From: Octopus sinensis
Taxonomy: Eukaryota
Direction of reading: 5' to 3'
Assembly: GCF_006345805.1 (NCBI RefSeq)
Contig: NC_043006.1
Coordinates: 83,638,001-83,702,000 of the forward strand
Length of the DNA stretch: 64,000 nt
Under the pieces are notes generated by a model. It ran no database searches, had not been told where the DNA came from, and saw only the letters and a list, made by a program, of their open reading frames with translations. The translations under genes and the position numbers were made by a program. Position 1 is the first letter of the stretch, and every line of letters begins with the position of its first letter. Shown here piece by piece: positions 1-12,379 of this stretch.

Positions 1-689
1 TATTCGAAAATTCCAGTTTTATTGAACCTGTTTAAAAGATTTTGCTCCTGAAAAATGAAGGTCATGGAGCTCTAAAATGTGAGAGTTAAGGCCCCTGTTG
101 GGGGTGGGCATCTTAATATCAACCACAGAAGTTGAATTGTTGAGAATCTTTTTCACTTGGGTCTTATATCTATTGTTTGAATTTCTTTGAAATAGGAAAT
201 ATATGTTCACTGGGTTTGTAAAAAAGAGCAAAGCTACAGAAAACCAAAAGACGAATGATCACAATAAGCAGTCAGCTACAGTACCCTAGACGTTACCACT
301 CCCAATGTAGGATTCCTCACCATCCAGGTGACAGGCACAGCAGTAAGATGCATTACGAATCTATAGCAATTGGAAGGGCGTGACCCAACTGAAATAAACA
401 TTAACAACTATCTGACGTGAGGGCTAAGGAGAAATGAAAGTTGCAGTTTGCAAATGACCACTATACTGATATGTAACTGGACAGAATAAATTTACAATCT
501 ATAAATGTCTTTGAATAACCAGTCAATCATCTGGGAAGGCCTTGAAATTAATGTTACCATGTAGGGACTATGTGTGATCCAGTGATAATAAAAAGACTGA
601 AAGATAATTCAGCGAAAAAAAAAATGTTAATTGCTAATCTTAAATTGCGCTCTCCCAAGCACATAACCGCATACCATCTACTACCACTA

Positions 690-832
690 CTACTACTACT
701 ACTACTGCTACCACCACCACCACCACTACAACTACTAGTACCACCACCACCTCCACTACTACTATTACTAGTGATTCCACCACCATCACTAACACTACCA
801 CCACTGCCATTACTACTACTACTGCTACTGTG
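690..832. repeat. Compound (ACT)n/(ACC)n trinucleotide microsatellite
   Basis: Direct reading; it explains the low-complexity ORFs 554-895, 570-833 and 640-873. Confidence 0.95.
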
Positions 833-1599
833 AAGATGCGTGGCGCAGGTTCGATTCTCTGACCAGACCACATATTCTATTCTTGAACAAAGCACTTCAC
901 TTCGCGTTACTTTAATGCAGCAACAGCTGGTGCTGCCAGTGGATTAGGGACTGTATCTGAGACCTTCGTCTAAAAGATCTGGTTAGACACTGTAGTGGTT
1001 AATTTTGGTGAAGGTGGTTCAAGGGAAGGCCGCAATTCGTTGACGGGGTCACCAAATGTAGTGTATATGTGTATCATGGAAAACAGATGCAAATGGAATG
1101 AGTATGTCTTTCCAGCTGTCACGATTTATTATAAATACGGAGGTGAAACAGGAAAAGCAGGTAGACAAACGAGAAAGGTCTACGACACGACAGAAGGTTT
1201 TGGCAGAGCGCAGAGACCGAGAGAAATGTTCCAAGTGCCACGATAGACTACTGTCTCAAATGAACTACGCACACACACAAACATATTCATTCCTGATATG
1301 ACTTCCACAAATGTACTCTATTTATATTTCCAGCAACTCGTAGCAGTTGCCAACATTTTGTATGTAGTGAAGAATTAAGTGTCAAGTCCAGTGAATAAAT
1401 TATTTTTAATTATGGATCGGTTCACGTATTTGTTTACTTTAAAGACATACACATTCCATTTGCATCTGTTTTCCATAATACACACCTAACCACTACAACA
1501 CCATGGAAACCGTGTACAAAACCTGATGTAATGGGCCTTTACGCTCATTTTCCACCCACCTATCTATCTTCTCTGTTTAATATTCCTGGGAGAGTCGTA

Positions 1600-1980
1600 A
1601 GGGCAGACTCCTCAGGAGTCTTATCATAATGGCAACGGCCATTACACTTTTCGGATGGATTCCCAAACGGGACGAACTGAAACTACGGATATCATCTAAC
1701 CATCCCGTTCTTGGTCTACTTCAAGGTTTCCAACCGGTCGGCTCGACTTGAAGAATCTGTCTTGCAATTCGCTCCTGTAACATTCTGTTCACATGTCCGT
1801 AACACTAAAGTTGTGACCTCCCAATGCGGAAACGCAGTAGCTCAACCTGAAGAGACTCCCTGATCTCCGTGCTATGTTCCTTGTCGAGTAACATTAACCC
1901 AGAGTTCTTTAGGAGGAACCCCACTTTGACCGCTTGTATTCTCGACCGTACTGTTTCGGTCATTACCCAACGTTCATGAT
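1600..1980 (-). mobile_element. RTE-clade LINE 3' fragment
   Basis: Minus-strand translation gives YGHVNRM, ERIARQIL and SRPRTGWLDDI, typical RTE C-terminal motifs. Same family as 15080-15600. Boundaries approximate. Confidence 0.7.
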
Positions 1981-2553
1981 TTTAGGTGAGGATAAGCACG
2001 TAAACTAAACTGAAAAAAGTGAGCTTCATTTTTTAATTTAAATTCTAACTTTTAACTACTACGACTACTATAACCTTTACCATTTTCAGAAAAAAAAATT
2101 CTTCCATCGTTTTATCATGGCATAAATTACAAAATTTCATCAATGGCATCGTGTTTTACTAAAGATCAGACAGTCATATCTGTATTCAGCGGATTTTCTA
2201 ATTCCAATTTTAGTACATAGCGATTTTCTGGTGCGTCATTTCTTACTATAAAATTATCTTGCTTTGTTTTTGTTTTGTTTTTGTTTTTGTTTTTGCTCCT
2301 ACCTTTCTTTTTCTTTTGATTTCAAGTTGTTAGCCTTGTTTGTTCGTTTGTTTGATTTGATTTTTTTAATCCTTGAAATGTTATTTTCAACAATAATGCA
2401 TCTATTCATTCTTAATAACCTTCTGACTCTTTCAATCGTGGATATGTTGATTGCTGACCGCTTTTGTTTGTTTGTCATAAGAGAACACTTCTACCTTTTA
2501 AGCGATGTGCATTCATAATACATGCAATCCACAGGTTCACCAATGTAAAGGGT

Positions 2554-2604
2554 CTTTGACTCATTGTGATGTTTCGACTTTGTTGTGTGTCTCATCAGTC
2601 AAAG
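2554..2604 (-). ncRNA. Degenerate type I hammerhead ribozyme motif (family E, copy 1)
   Basis: Minus strand: CUUUGA-CUGAUGA-GAC(10 nt)GUC-GAAA-C...-UCAAAG. Core and stems I/II are intact, but the cleavage triplet reads GAG (non-functional). Confidence 0.6.
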
Positions 2605-3390
2605 CTACCCCACCGAACTGATGAGTAAACAAGTGCACAAGCTCTTATTTCTAGGAATCAGCCAACAAATTATTTACTGATGCATTCTGATGTCTGCCAA
2701 ATGGATAATAATTCACGGGCACACGTAGAACAGTGAGAATCTAAACCATAGCGTATTTATTCAATCTTAATAAGTTCTGGCAGATTCTAGCGTGAATAAC
2801 AGGTGACGGTCGGTTAGAGAATGCGCGGGCTAAAACTACGCGCCTTCACTAGTCAGTTATGGTGAGACAGTGTCACATGACAACTTGCTGGGGCTGCCTC
2901 CTGGAGCCTGTGCGGCAGGTATTTAAAGGGAAAAGTCAGTCAGTCAGCGGCTGACACTCGCTGACGATAAATCGAAGAGGCCAGGGAACAGAAGAAAGAA
3001 GAAGAAAGACATGCACCCAACACCAGAGCTGAAGACACCTCCGAAAGGTAGAGTAATAGAGGCCGAAACCGGACGTGGTTCCTCCTGATGATGTCTTGAG
3101 CTAATTGGATCCTATAAAGGAGCTGTTGTAGTAGCAGACCACGAAACACGGTTGTAATTCCTGTGATTTGTTCACCACTGGAGAAAGTCTTCTCTCTTTA
3201 AACTAATCATAGGTAAACTATGTTCCGCGGATCTAACGAAAAATTACCTTCATATCTCTCAGTAGTGCAGCCCACCTGATGATGAACCATATCTCATACG
3301 GCCTGCTTTTCGACAGAGGATGCCAATACCTGCTTTAGATGATGTGTGTTTATAACACACGCGGTTCGCTGGTTCATCGATAAGAGGGAA

Positions 3391-3441
3391 CTTTGAGATA
3401 CCACGGTGTTTCGACCTTGTTATGCGTCTCCTCAGTCAAAG
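3391..3441 (-). ncRNA. Type I hammerhead ribozyme motif (family E, copy 2)
   Basis: Minus strand: CUUUGA-CUGAGGA-GAC(10 nt)GUC-GAAA-C-ACC-GU-GGU-AUC-UCAAAG. 6-bp stem I; one mismatch at C15.2/A16.2. Confidence 0.7.
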
Positions 3442-3974
3442 CCATCCCGACAGCATGAGAGAGGAGGTGTTCTCCGATGATAAACAAACAATAGCGACCA
3501 GATATGCACGTTGGAATCTGCAAGAACGTGTTAAGACTGAATAAATACGTTATTGTTCAAACTCACATTAGTTTGGAGACACTCCTTGAATTGATATATT
3601 CGACAATGTTTACATGTTTCTGGTGCCGGCAATTATCTATTTAATGTTATCTTAACTACCATATTTAGTAGTGGATAAAAACCTAATTCGCTAAATAATT
3701 ACTGTAGCTAACAAGCTACTTGACAGAATGTTTACAACAGAGAAATTTGCTTCACTCTTTTGCTGTATCTGAGAGATATATGTTTTATTTTTTGTTTCAT
3801 TTTATTTTATTTTATTTTATTTATTTCCAAAATATCTAACCAACCTTAAGATATAAGTAGAGAGGCACTTTCGATGTAGTGAGAGTTTTATTACCACGAA
3901 TCAACAGCATAAATTTACGTGACATATCTCTTATCTTCCATCATTTATCTTTTGTTTTATCTTTTATATTTTAC

Positions 3975-4165
3975 ATGTTTTAAGTCATTAGACTGCGGCC
4001 ATGATGGGGCAGCGCCTTGAAATGGTTTTAGTAAAACAAAGTGATCCCAGTACTTTTTTTTCTAAGCTTGATTCTTATTCTATCGATATTTCCTTGCCGA
4101 ACCGTTAGTTACAGGGACGTAATCAAACCAACTGATTTTGAAGCGATGGTAGCGACAAACACAAA
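3975..4165 (-). mobile_element. SINE family S1, 3' part
   Basis: Reverse complement of the tail seen at 21500-21690. Confidence 0.7.
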
Positions 4166-4205
4166 GAGACACACGCACACACACACACACAACACACACA
4201 CACAC

Positions 4206-4307
<102 letters not shown>

Positions 4308-4470
4308 CTATATTTCTATAATTTTACCAAGTAGTTCGGTATGTTAAAAGAACCATTATCGGTAAACTTAAACAAAAAATTCTATAATTATGAGTATAAT
4401 TATAATTAGGGTTCAGCAAAATGTGGTAAAAGTATTAATTAATTAATTTTATCCTTTATTATTATTGATA

Positions 4471-4530
<60 letters not shown>

Positions 4531-4559
4531 TATATATGTATATATATATATATGTACGT

Positions 4560-4710
4560 GACGTATTTATTTCAGTTCCCATCTACCAAACTGTTTCACA
4601 AGGCTTTAGTCTACCGGGGTTATTGTGGAAGATACTTACCGAAGGTACCACGCAGTGGGGTTGAACCTGAAGCCATCAAGTTGGGAGGCAAACTTTGTAT
4701 CACAGCCATA
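4560..4710 (-). mobile_element. SINE family S1, 5' part
   Basis: Reverse-complement similarity to 21270-21430. Confidence 0.7.
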
Positions 4711-5130
4711 TACATACATACATACATACATACATACATACATACATGCAAAAATACATACAAACGTACGTGTGTGTGTATGTGTGCATGCGTCTCTATA
4801 TGCATAAAAGCTGTGTATATAACGACTAAAAGAGGAAGGAAGACCGTACAATATTAACTGGACTTGACATTACTCGTTGCCTGGATTCTAAAGGAAGGCC
4901 TGCAATTATTCAACCTGGCCTTAAAGGGGCCATCGCTTGCTTTAATGTATCTGCATCACCCCGTTACGCGATTCTATTTTTGCCTCGTAGACCAATGCTT
5001 CTGCGTGGCATTGACCATTCACTAGACAGTCACTCTAAACCAGAGGCTCCCAAAATTTCGGGGTCACCGCCTCCACATGGTCACATAATATCCTTAGCGC
5101 CCCACCCCTATTTTTAGGTATAAATAAATA

Positions 5131-5426
5131 TTTTATACAGTTCTATATTTAAGAGATGAAGAATTATGTACATTATTTACATTTGACGGATATTTGTCTT
5201 CATCTTGTTTGTTGTTAACACAACGTTTCGGCTGATATACCCTCCAGCCTTCTTCAGGTGTCTTGGGGAAATTTCGAACCTGGTTTCTCATTCCTAAGGT
5301 ATTTTTCGATGTTTATTATTATCATTATTATTATTGTTGTCGTTGTTGTTGTTGGTCACTGCTTGGAATCGAACTCGGAATCTTGGGGTTAGTAGCCCGC
5401 GCTCTCAACCACTACGTCATATGCCC
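5131..5426 (-). mobile_element. tRNA-headed SINE-like element containing a hammerhead ribozyme (family A)
   Basis: 73-nt tRNA-like head at 5426-5354 with A box TGACGTAGTGG and B box GTTCGATTC, then an (AAC/AAT)n linker, body, hammerhead at 5262-5217 and a ~80-nt tail. The 3' boundary is approximate. Confidence 0.75.
5217..5262 (-). ncRNA. Minimal type I hammerhead ribozyme, canonical core
   Basis: GACAC-CUGAAGA-A-GGCUG(GAGGGUAUAU)CAGCC-GAAA-CG-UU^GUGUU. 5-bp stem I (one G-U), 5-bp stem II, palindromic ACGU stem III, GUU triplet, extra A after A9. Confidence 0.85.
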
Positions 5427-5984
5427 GTGGGCATATGGCGTAGTGGTTAATAATAACATCGAAAAATACCTTAGAAATGAGAACCCAGGTTGAAATTTCC
5501 CCCAAGACACCTGAAGAAGGCTGAAATACTCGCTTGATCTGGGAGCTTTCTTAAACTCCAAAACAGATATGTTAGTCGATGCCTCCATCAGAAGAAATTC
5601 AAGTTGGAAACATGGAATTCCCCGTTTGTAGATGAGGATAAAGTATTCGACTATACACGGAACCGTTTCAAACATGACTAGAACCGATCTCGTTGGGTCA
5701 ACGCCACCTCGGTCACAATGTTTGCCAATAGAATTTCGTATCGAAATTTTTTGTTTACAAAATTAACTAAACATGACGCATTCCTCCCGCCATTCAGTTA
5801 GAAAGGTAATGTACCTCCGGCCAAAGAGTCTGACGATCCACCTGTACAACAAAGTACTCTATAGGTGCGAAACAAATGGTCACTCTCTGACCGGCCATAA
5901 CAAACGGCCTTCAATGTTTTAGCGTGTACTTCTTTTCGTACATATGAACTCCTGACCGATTATGTGTGTGTGTGTGTGTGTTGG

Positions 5985-6195
5985 TTTCAAATTTTGGCAC
6001 AAGGCCAGTAGTTTCGGGAAGGGGGTTACTCGATTACATCACCCCCAGTGCTCGACTGGTACTTATTTTATCGATTCCGAAAAGATGGAAGGCAAAATCG
6101 ACCTCGGCGAAATTTGAACTCAGAACGTAGCGACGGACGAAATGCCGCCAATCATTGTCCCTGGCGTGCTAGCGATTCTATCCGTTTGCTGCCTT
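5985..6195 (-). mobile_element. SINE family S2
   Basis: Reverse complement of the ggcggcgagctggcagaatcgttagc... family (compare 13513-13750). Confidence 0.75.
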
Positions 6196-6197
6196 AT

Positions 6198-6233
<36 letters not shown>

Positions 6234-6559
6234 ACGATTCGCTTTGTCTAGTTTGAGGAATGCTGTTTTTTTAATACTTCGTGTTAAATATATACGAATT
6301 ATGACCAAAAAGTATTAGGATCGGTGCTATAATAAGAGAACCACACCATGTGTGAGTGTTACTATTATTTCCCCAATGACTCTCCCAAAATACAACAAAA
6401 TTTGTTTCAACACACGAATTCGCAACAAGAATGTTGCAAACTAAATATAAATGTATGCGTGTGTGTATATGTGCGCGTTTGTGTGTGTGTGTTTGTGTGT
6501 GTGTGCGTGTGTGTATGATACGTATATTCTTTTATTCTTTTGTTTCAGTCATTTGACCC

Positions 6560-6746
6560 CTATAATGCTCATCAGAAATTTGGTTCCCCCAAAACAATGC
6601 AATGGCACACGTTTGATCGTTAAGTCCTTATCTCCCACCGTAAATTTATATCAATATTTGCCTGAATAATCATCATAATTCAGTGCAATCATTAACAGTA
6701 CTTTCAAGCAATTCAGCCCCGAGCAACGCCGGGCAATTCTGCTAGT
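6560..6746 (+). mobile_element. Helitron remnant with 3' terminus
   Basis: IMLIRNLVPPKQCNGTRLIVKSL is a Pif1-type helicase motif of Helitron RepHel. A short GC-rich hairpin (6717-6733) is followed by CTAG at 6742-6745. Confidence 0.75.
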
Positions 6747-6754
6747 TCTTTATA

Positions 6755-6870
6755 AACCTAGTACTTATTCTATCGATTTTCTCTAGCCGAACCGCTAGAT
6801 GACGGGGACGTAAACACACTAGCATCGGTTGCCAAGCGATGTTGAGGGGACAAACACAGACACACAAACA
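6755..6870 (-). mobile_element. SINE family S1, 3' part, followed by (GATA)n
   Basis: Similarity to other S1 copies; (TAGA)n at about 6875-6988. Confidence 0.7.
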
Positions 6871-6872
6871 TG

Positions 6873-6903
<31 letters not shown>

Positions 6904-6904
6904 G

Positions 6905-6951
<47 letters not shown>

Positions 6952-6952
6952 G

Positions 6953-6988
<36 letters not shown>

Positions 6989-7083
6989 AATGGTAAGACA
7001 ACAACAGAATGAAAGAGACCTCGATATTATGTAAATAGAGGAATTTACCTGTAAATGTAATGTGACAATTATTCGATAGCCAC

Positions 7084-7144
7084 GATAAAACTCCGAGTTT
7101 CGGATGTCGGGGTGGAAATCCACGCCGCCATCTCTTCAGTTATC
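7084..7144 (-). ncRNA. Type I hammerhead ribozyme motif (family B)
   Basis: GAUAA-CUGAAGA-GAUG...CAUC-C-GAAA-CUC-G-GAG-UU^UUAUC. Stem I extends to 9 bp with a bulge (7079-7148); one extra nt at the base of stem II. Confidence 0.75.
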
Positions 7145-7469
7145 GGGCCATCGGAAAAAATGCTATGAAAATGACCGTTAAACAATCACTGTGTGATTGA
7201 CCGTTATTAAGACAAAAGAGCTATTTGAATGACCGCTAAGTGAGGGGAGGGAGTAAAATTAAGGGGGTAAAAATGTACATAGTATTCGCGTAAGCACGCA
7301 TGTCCATACCTGCACATGTGCGCCCGCACACCTACGTGGATGTGTGTATACTTATAGGCTACCGAATAATTGTCACATATTACATTTACAGATACATATA
7401 TATATATATATAAGATAAAACTTACTAGGGAAAGGATGCGTGGCGTTCGATCATATAATAATATAAATA

Positions 7470-7539
<70 letters not shown>

Positions 7540-7557
7540 ATATATATATACAAATAC

Positions 7558-7720
7558 ATACACGACGGGCTTCTTTTAATTTCCGTCTACCAAATCCACT
7601 CACAAGGCTTTGGTCGACCCGAGGCTATAATAGAAGACACTTGACCATGGTGCCATGCAGTGGGGCTGAACCCGGAACCACGTGGTTGGTAAGCAAGCTA
7701 CTTACCACACAGCCATACGT
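7558..7720 (-). mobile_element. SINE family S1, 5' part
   Basis: Reverse complement of the S1 head/body. Confidence 0.75.
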
Positions 7721-8139
7721 TATTCAAAGAATCTTTATCCACCAATGCGGTTTTGAGCACTCATTCTCATTGTTCGATATTTACGTGTTTATACATACAT
7801 ACATCCATAGATACATACATACATAGAAATAGTCGCGCGCACGCGCGTACTCACACATACACGCACCGTATTGACGCTCCCTGTCCACTTCTCTCTTTCG
7901 CTTTTGAATGATCAACAAAAGGTTTTCTAGCATGAGTATGAATCATATCCGGAAATCCAAGTACAATCCTCTTTTAGGTAGAACAAACAAAATCATCTTT
8001 ATAACCTTTGTTATAAACTCCTCCAACGTAAATAAATCTCTCGGATTTTTTTCTCTTAGGCTACTAGTTTTCAGTTTCTTCCAGTTTTGTTCCAATTGCT
8101 TTCATATTCGGGCAAATGATGTAGTTTTGTATTCATTTT

Positions 8140-8710
8140 CGCCATATGTAAGTAGCTTGCTTACCAACCACATGGTTCCGGGTTTAGTCCCACTGCGGGA
8201 CCGACCAAAGCCTTGTGAGTGGATTTGGTAAACGGAAGCTGAAAGAAGCCCGTCGTATATATGTATGTGTGTGTGTGTGTCTGTCCCACCAACATCGCTT
8301 GACAACCGATGCTGGTGTGTTTACGTCCCTGTAATTTAGCGGTTCGGCAAAATAGACCAGTAGAATAAGTACTAGACTTACAAAGAATAAGTTCTAGGGT
8401 TGACTTGCTCGACTAAAGGCGGTGCTCCAGCATAGCCACAGTCAAATAACTGAAACAAGTAAAAGAGTAAAAAGAGAGAGAGAGAGAGAGAGAGAGTGTG
8501 TGTGTGTGTGTGTGTGCTTGTCCCCCCAACATCGCTTGACAACCGATTCTGCTGTGTTTATGTCCCTGTAACTTAGCGGTTCGGCAAAGGAGAGCGATAG
8601 AATAAGTACTGGGCTTACAAAGAATAAGTCCTGAGGTCGATTTGCTCGACTAAAAGCGGTGCTCCAGCATGGCCACAGTCAAATGACTGAAACAAGTAAA
8701 AGATTAAAAG
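8140..8710 (+). mobile_element. SINE family S1 with tandemly duplicated 3' half
   Basis: S1 at 8140-8470; second 3' module at 8505-8710. Confidence 0.8.
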
Positions 8711-9863
8711 AGAATATGATTTATAAATGAAGTTAGTAAATTTGGTATACTTTTGGTCAACCGAAAGCCACAGGCATACAGGGGTGTTTCCATAGAAACA
8801 AGCCAATCTGTTACCAAGTTGCTTACCAACGTGGTAATTTTTCGCTTATTGATTGCTTAAAACACAAAATACACGAGGTGGTCGTGAGACGGGCTAAAAT
8901 TAATAGCTAAATAGACCTTAAATCATGCACTAAAATTTTGTTTTTGTTTTTTTGCATAATCGTATAAATTCCCGTGTGTAGAATACAAATTCGCAAAAAG
9001 TTTCTAAAAATTCCCCAAAACTAGATTAGTTATGAGGGATTACACGGCATGCATAATGCAGAATTGCGCCAATATTTCACTTATTTACTGTTGACAACAC
9101 ATGCAATCACACACAAAATGACAGCTTCCAAATCCTGTTTTCTGAGCGGGAAAAATTACCAAATTTTAAACTTCTGTAACTTCTTGAAAAAAAAAACTTT
9201 CTGGAAAAAATGAATTAGCCTCTGAGATTCAGTGTGGAAAATTACATTGATATATCAAGTTTAAAATTTTCACTAAACCTTAAAATTTCCACAGATGCAA
9301 GAATTTAATGATCTTTCTACACTGACCTAAATTTTTTTGTTACCACATAGATAAATTGACCCTTTGTTCTAGTGACAATCTGTTCTTTTACATATCCTGA
9401 ATTTTCCTCCTCTTTTCTTCAACTAACTTGAATTCTTTACCTGCCCTTACCCCAATCCTTATAACTAAAGAAATTTTCTTACATTAGTTAGTTGCAAACA
9501 AGGTTTTGGTCAGTTGGCATCTGAACTACACGACCTCATGTTCCTAAGATTCATATCTACATCTTTATCTGTATATTTACATTCCCTAAGATATTATTAA
9601 TTGATTTAAAAATTTTATATTATTGGAAAACCTATATAAAATTAGCTGAAGATTACTCAGCATCTTAAATCTGCTGTAACATTTACAGCTTTTAATAAAA
9701 TGTTGTGGTATGAAACAATTGTACTAAATTACCGGATTCATTCTTGTTGCTTATTTTTTTATTATAATCACCCCGCATATTTTTATGGGTAACACCATAA
9801 AAAAAATTTTCTGGTGCATCTAAATTAAGTGCCATATTCATTTGAATCTAAATTGTTGCTAAA

Positions 9864-9946
<83 letters not shown>

Positions 9947-10006
9947 AAGGAATACAAAAAAATGGGACAAGAACGCAAAACATCCAGACAGCTAGATGAT
10001 ACATAT

Positions 10007-10049
<43 letters not shown>

Positions 10050-10067
10050 GCGCTCGCGTACGTGTGT

Positions 10068-10113
<46 letters not shown>

Positions 10114-10244
10114 AAAAGTAAAGAGTGAAAAAACTACAGAAGGCTTAAATGTTAAAAAATATATATATTTGCGTCAATATGTCTGAAGAATATTAGAAAA
10201 TTTAAAAAAAATTTTTTTTCCTCTTATAATGACATACTTTAAAA

Positions 10245-12115
10245 GAAAGACCGGTTTCGCGTGTAGCTTTTCAAATTTCTTGCGACGTTATGTTTATGTT
10301 GAATAGAGTTATCGTTATGTTTATGTTCAGGAGAGTTCTAAATAAGGGAAGGTAGTGAGTGATTTCTTCCGGTGTAAGGGAGATAATCGCTTAAAATTTT
10401 TTTTCCTTTCCCTTGGTGTGAATTTCTCTGTATCAGTATGTTCGGATGGTTGAGTCTGGGCTTGTACTTTTCAATGAAGAATGTTTCCTTGTTTAGTCTA
10501 ATTTGTGTTGATGATCCGAAAGCACATTGGTAAAATGGAAAGATTAAAAATTGTGGTAGTAGTTGCTTTGCGCATTTCTCAATGTGCTCACTAAAAGGTA
10601 TCATTCTATATTCTGGGAATGCAATCTGTTGTCGATGCAGTATGCATCTACGTCTGAGTGATAGTCCCGTGGAACCCACGTAGTCTAGGTGGCAGCCCGA
10701 GCATTTTATGACATAAATATTGTTTTCAGAGGCACAAGTAAAGTTAGATTTGATCTTGAATTTCTGTCCCTCTTTAAAGAGGAATTCTGATCCTTCTAGC
10801 AGGTTAGGACATGTTGCACAGTTCGATCTACCACATTTTTTTACTATTGCATCCGTAATTTCAGAAGACAATTTTGCCTTTGTGAGAATCTTTTAAAGTG
10901 ATTTAGGCTGTTTGTAGCTTTTAATGATTTGGTGTATGTTTAGAATTTCCTTTAATTTGGAGTCTTTATGAAGTATTGGTAAATTCTGGGTGTTGATGGT
11001 GAAGGCTTCTTTGTTTCTTTGGGGTTGTATGTAGATATGTAAGGTAGTATTTTCGGGGAAGGTGTGTTGTTGTGTTGAACTTTTCTTAAAGTTTCTATGT
11101 TGATTTCTGTTGCACGTCTGATCCCATCCTCTATGAGTTGAGCTGGGTAATGTCTGTCAATTAGGGTGTTTTTGAGTTCTTGCAGTCTAAAGTTCCTGGT
11201 ATTTTGTTCTGACACTATTGTGCATATCCTTCTTGCAAGGTTGAAGGGGATGTTTGTTTTAGTGTGTCTTGGGTGGCATGAATTAAAAAGAAGGTATTGT
11301 TTGGCGTCTGTGGCTTTGTAAAAAATGTCTGTTTCTATTTTAAGGTTAATTTTTTTAATTAGTATATCCAAGAACGGGAGCTCCTTTTGGTTGTATTCCA
11401 TTGTGAACTGTATATTTGGGTTTATGCTGTTCAATAGGTTTTTAAATTTTAGGAGTTTATCTGTGTTTTCATTCCAGAGAATAAAACAATCGTCTAAGAA
11501 TCGTTTCCAATTCTCTTTTATGTATTGAGAGAGGGGGTTACCAAGATTGATAAAGGTTCCTGGTAAATGATTATTTCCATGTATCCCATTGTTAAGTTCG
11601 CAATGACTGGTGCTGCCCTTGTACCCATAGCAATTCCGGATTTTTGACGGTAAAATGTATTGTCAAACATGAAGTGGTTATTGTGTAGGATGAATTCAAT
11701 TGATTTAGTAATGAATTCTTTACTGATCCTTTTTGGTATTTCTTCCGGAAATTGGTCTAACCAGAACTGTATTGCCTCCAGTCCATAATTATGAGGTATA
11801 CTGGTATATAAGTTAACTACATCAAATGAAACCAGGATTGTTTCTTCCTTGGCTTTTTTTGGAAGGTGGTTTAACATATCTAAGTCATCTCTGATATGGC
11901 TATCGATATGTTTAAGGAAGGGTTTCAGGAGGATGTCCATAAGTAGACTTAGTCTGTGTGTTTCACAGGTTGGGCCAGCTACAATGGGTCGTAGTTTTAG
12001 GTCCCCCGGGTTAGGTGTGTGTATGTATGTCTTTGGTGATTTTTTAATGGTTTCATTTATAATTTGACTTTTATGAATTTTTGGCAGACCATAGAAAAGG
12101 CTAGGTTTGCATTTA
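10245..12115 (-). mobile_element. Penelope-like retroelement (Neptune-type linker), 5'-truncated and frameshifted
   Basis: FYGLPKIHKS, RPIVAGP, SFDVVNLYTSIPH, GIAMGTRAAP (RT); SCHPRHTKTNIPF (thumb); CGRSNCATC linker; IYVIKC..C..DYVG GIY-YIG endonuclease; a degenerate hammerhead-like GAAACCGGUC motif near 10245-10281. Confidence 0.92.
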
Positions 12116-12379
12116 AAGTTTATATATATATATATAAATCACTTCCATCTAGACGGCAAGCAACCAGTATTAAAGAGTCATCATTTAGTAAATTTGGGGT
12201 ATTACAAAAGGAAAATAAAGGAGTGAAATCGAACGAGAAACTGTCCTATGATTCATTAAACCATCAACACAAGATTTAACAGAATCAAAATATTCATCAG
12301 AAGAAACAAGAATGCGGAGATTTCCGCCAGATAGAAAAGTGTGACGAGAGTTATAGTGTTTTTACTTAACCTTTTTTTC

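Noticed and set aside
4325-4372. Hammerhead-like CCGAUAA-U-GGU..ACC-GAAC on the minus strand
   Set aside because: At least three core deviations; too degenerate to call.
12150-12340. CUGAUGA-AU.. motifs here and at about 45785-45812
   Set aside because: No intact GAAA or stem III; possible remnants only.
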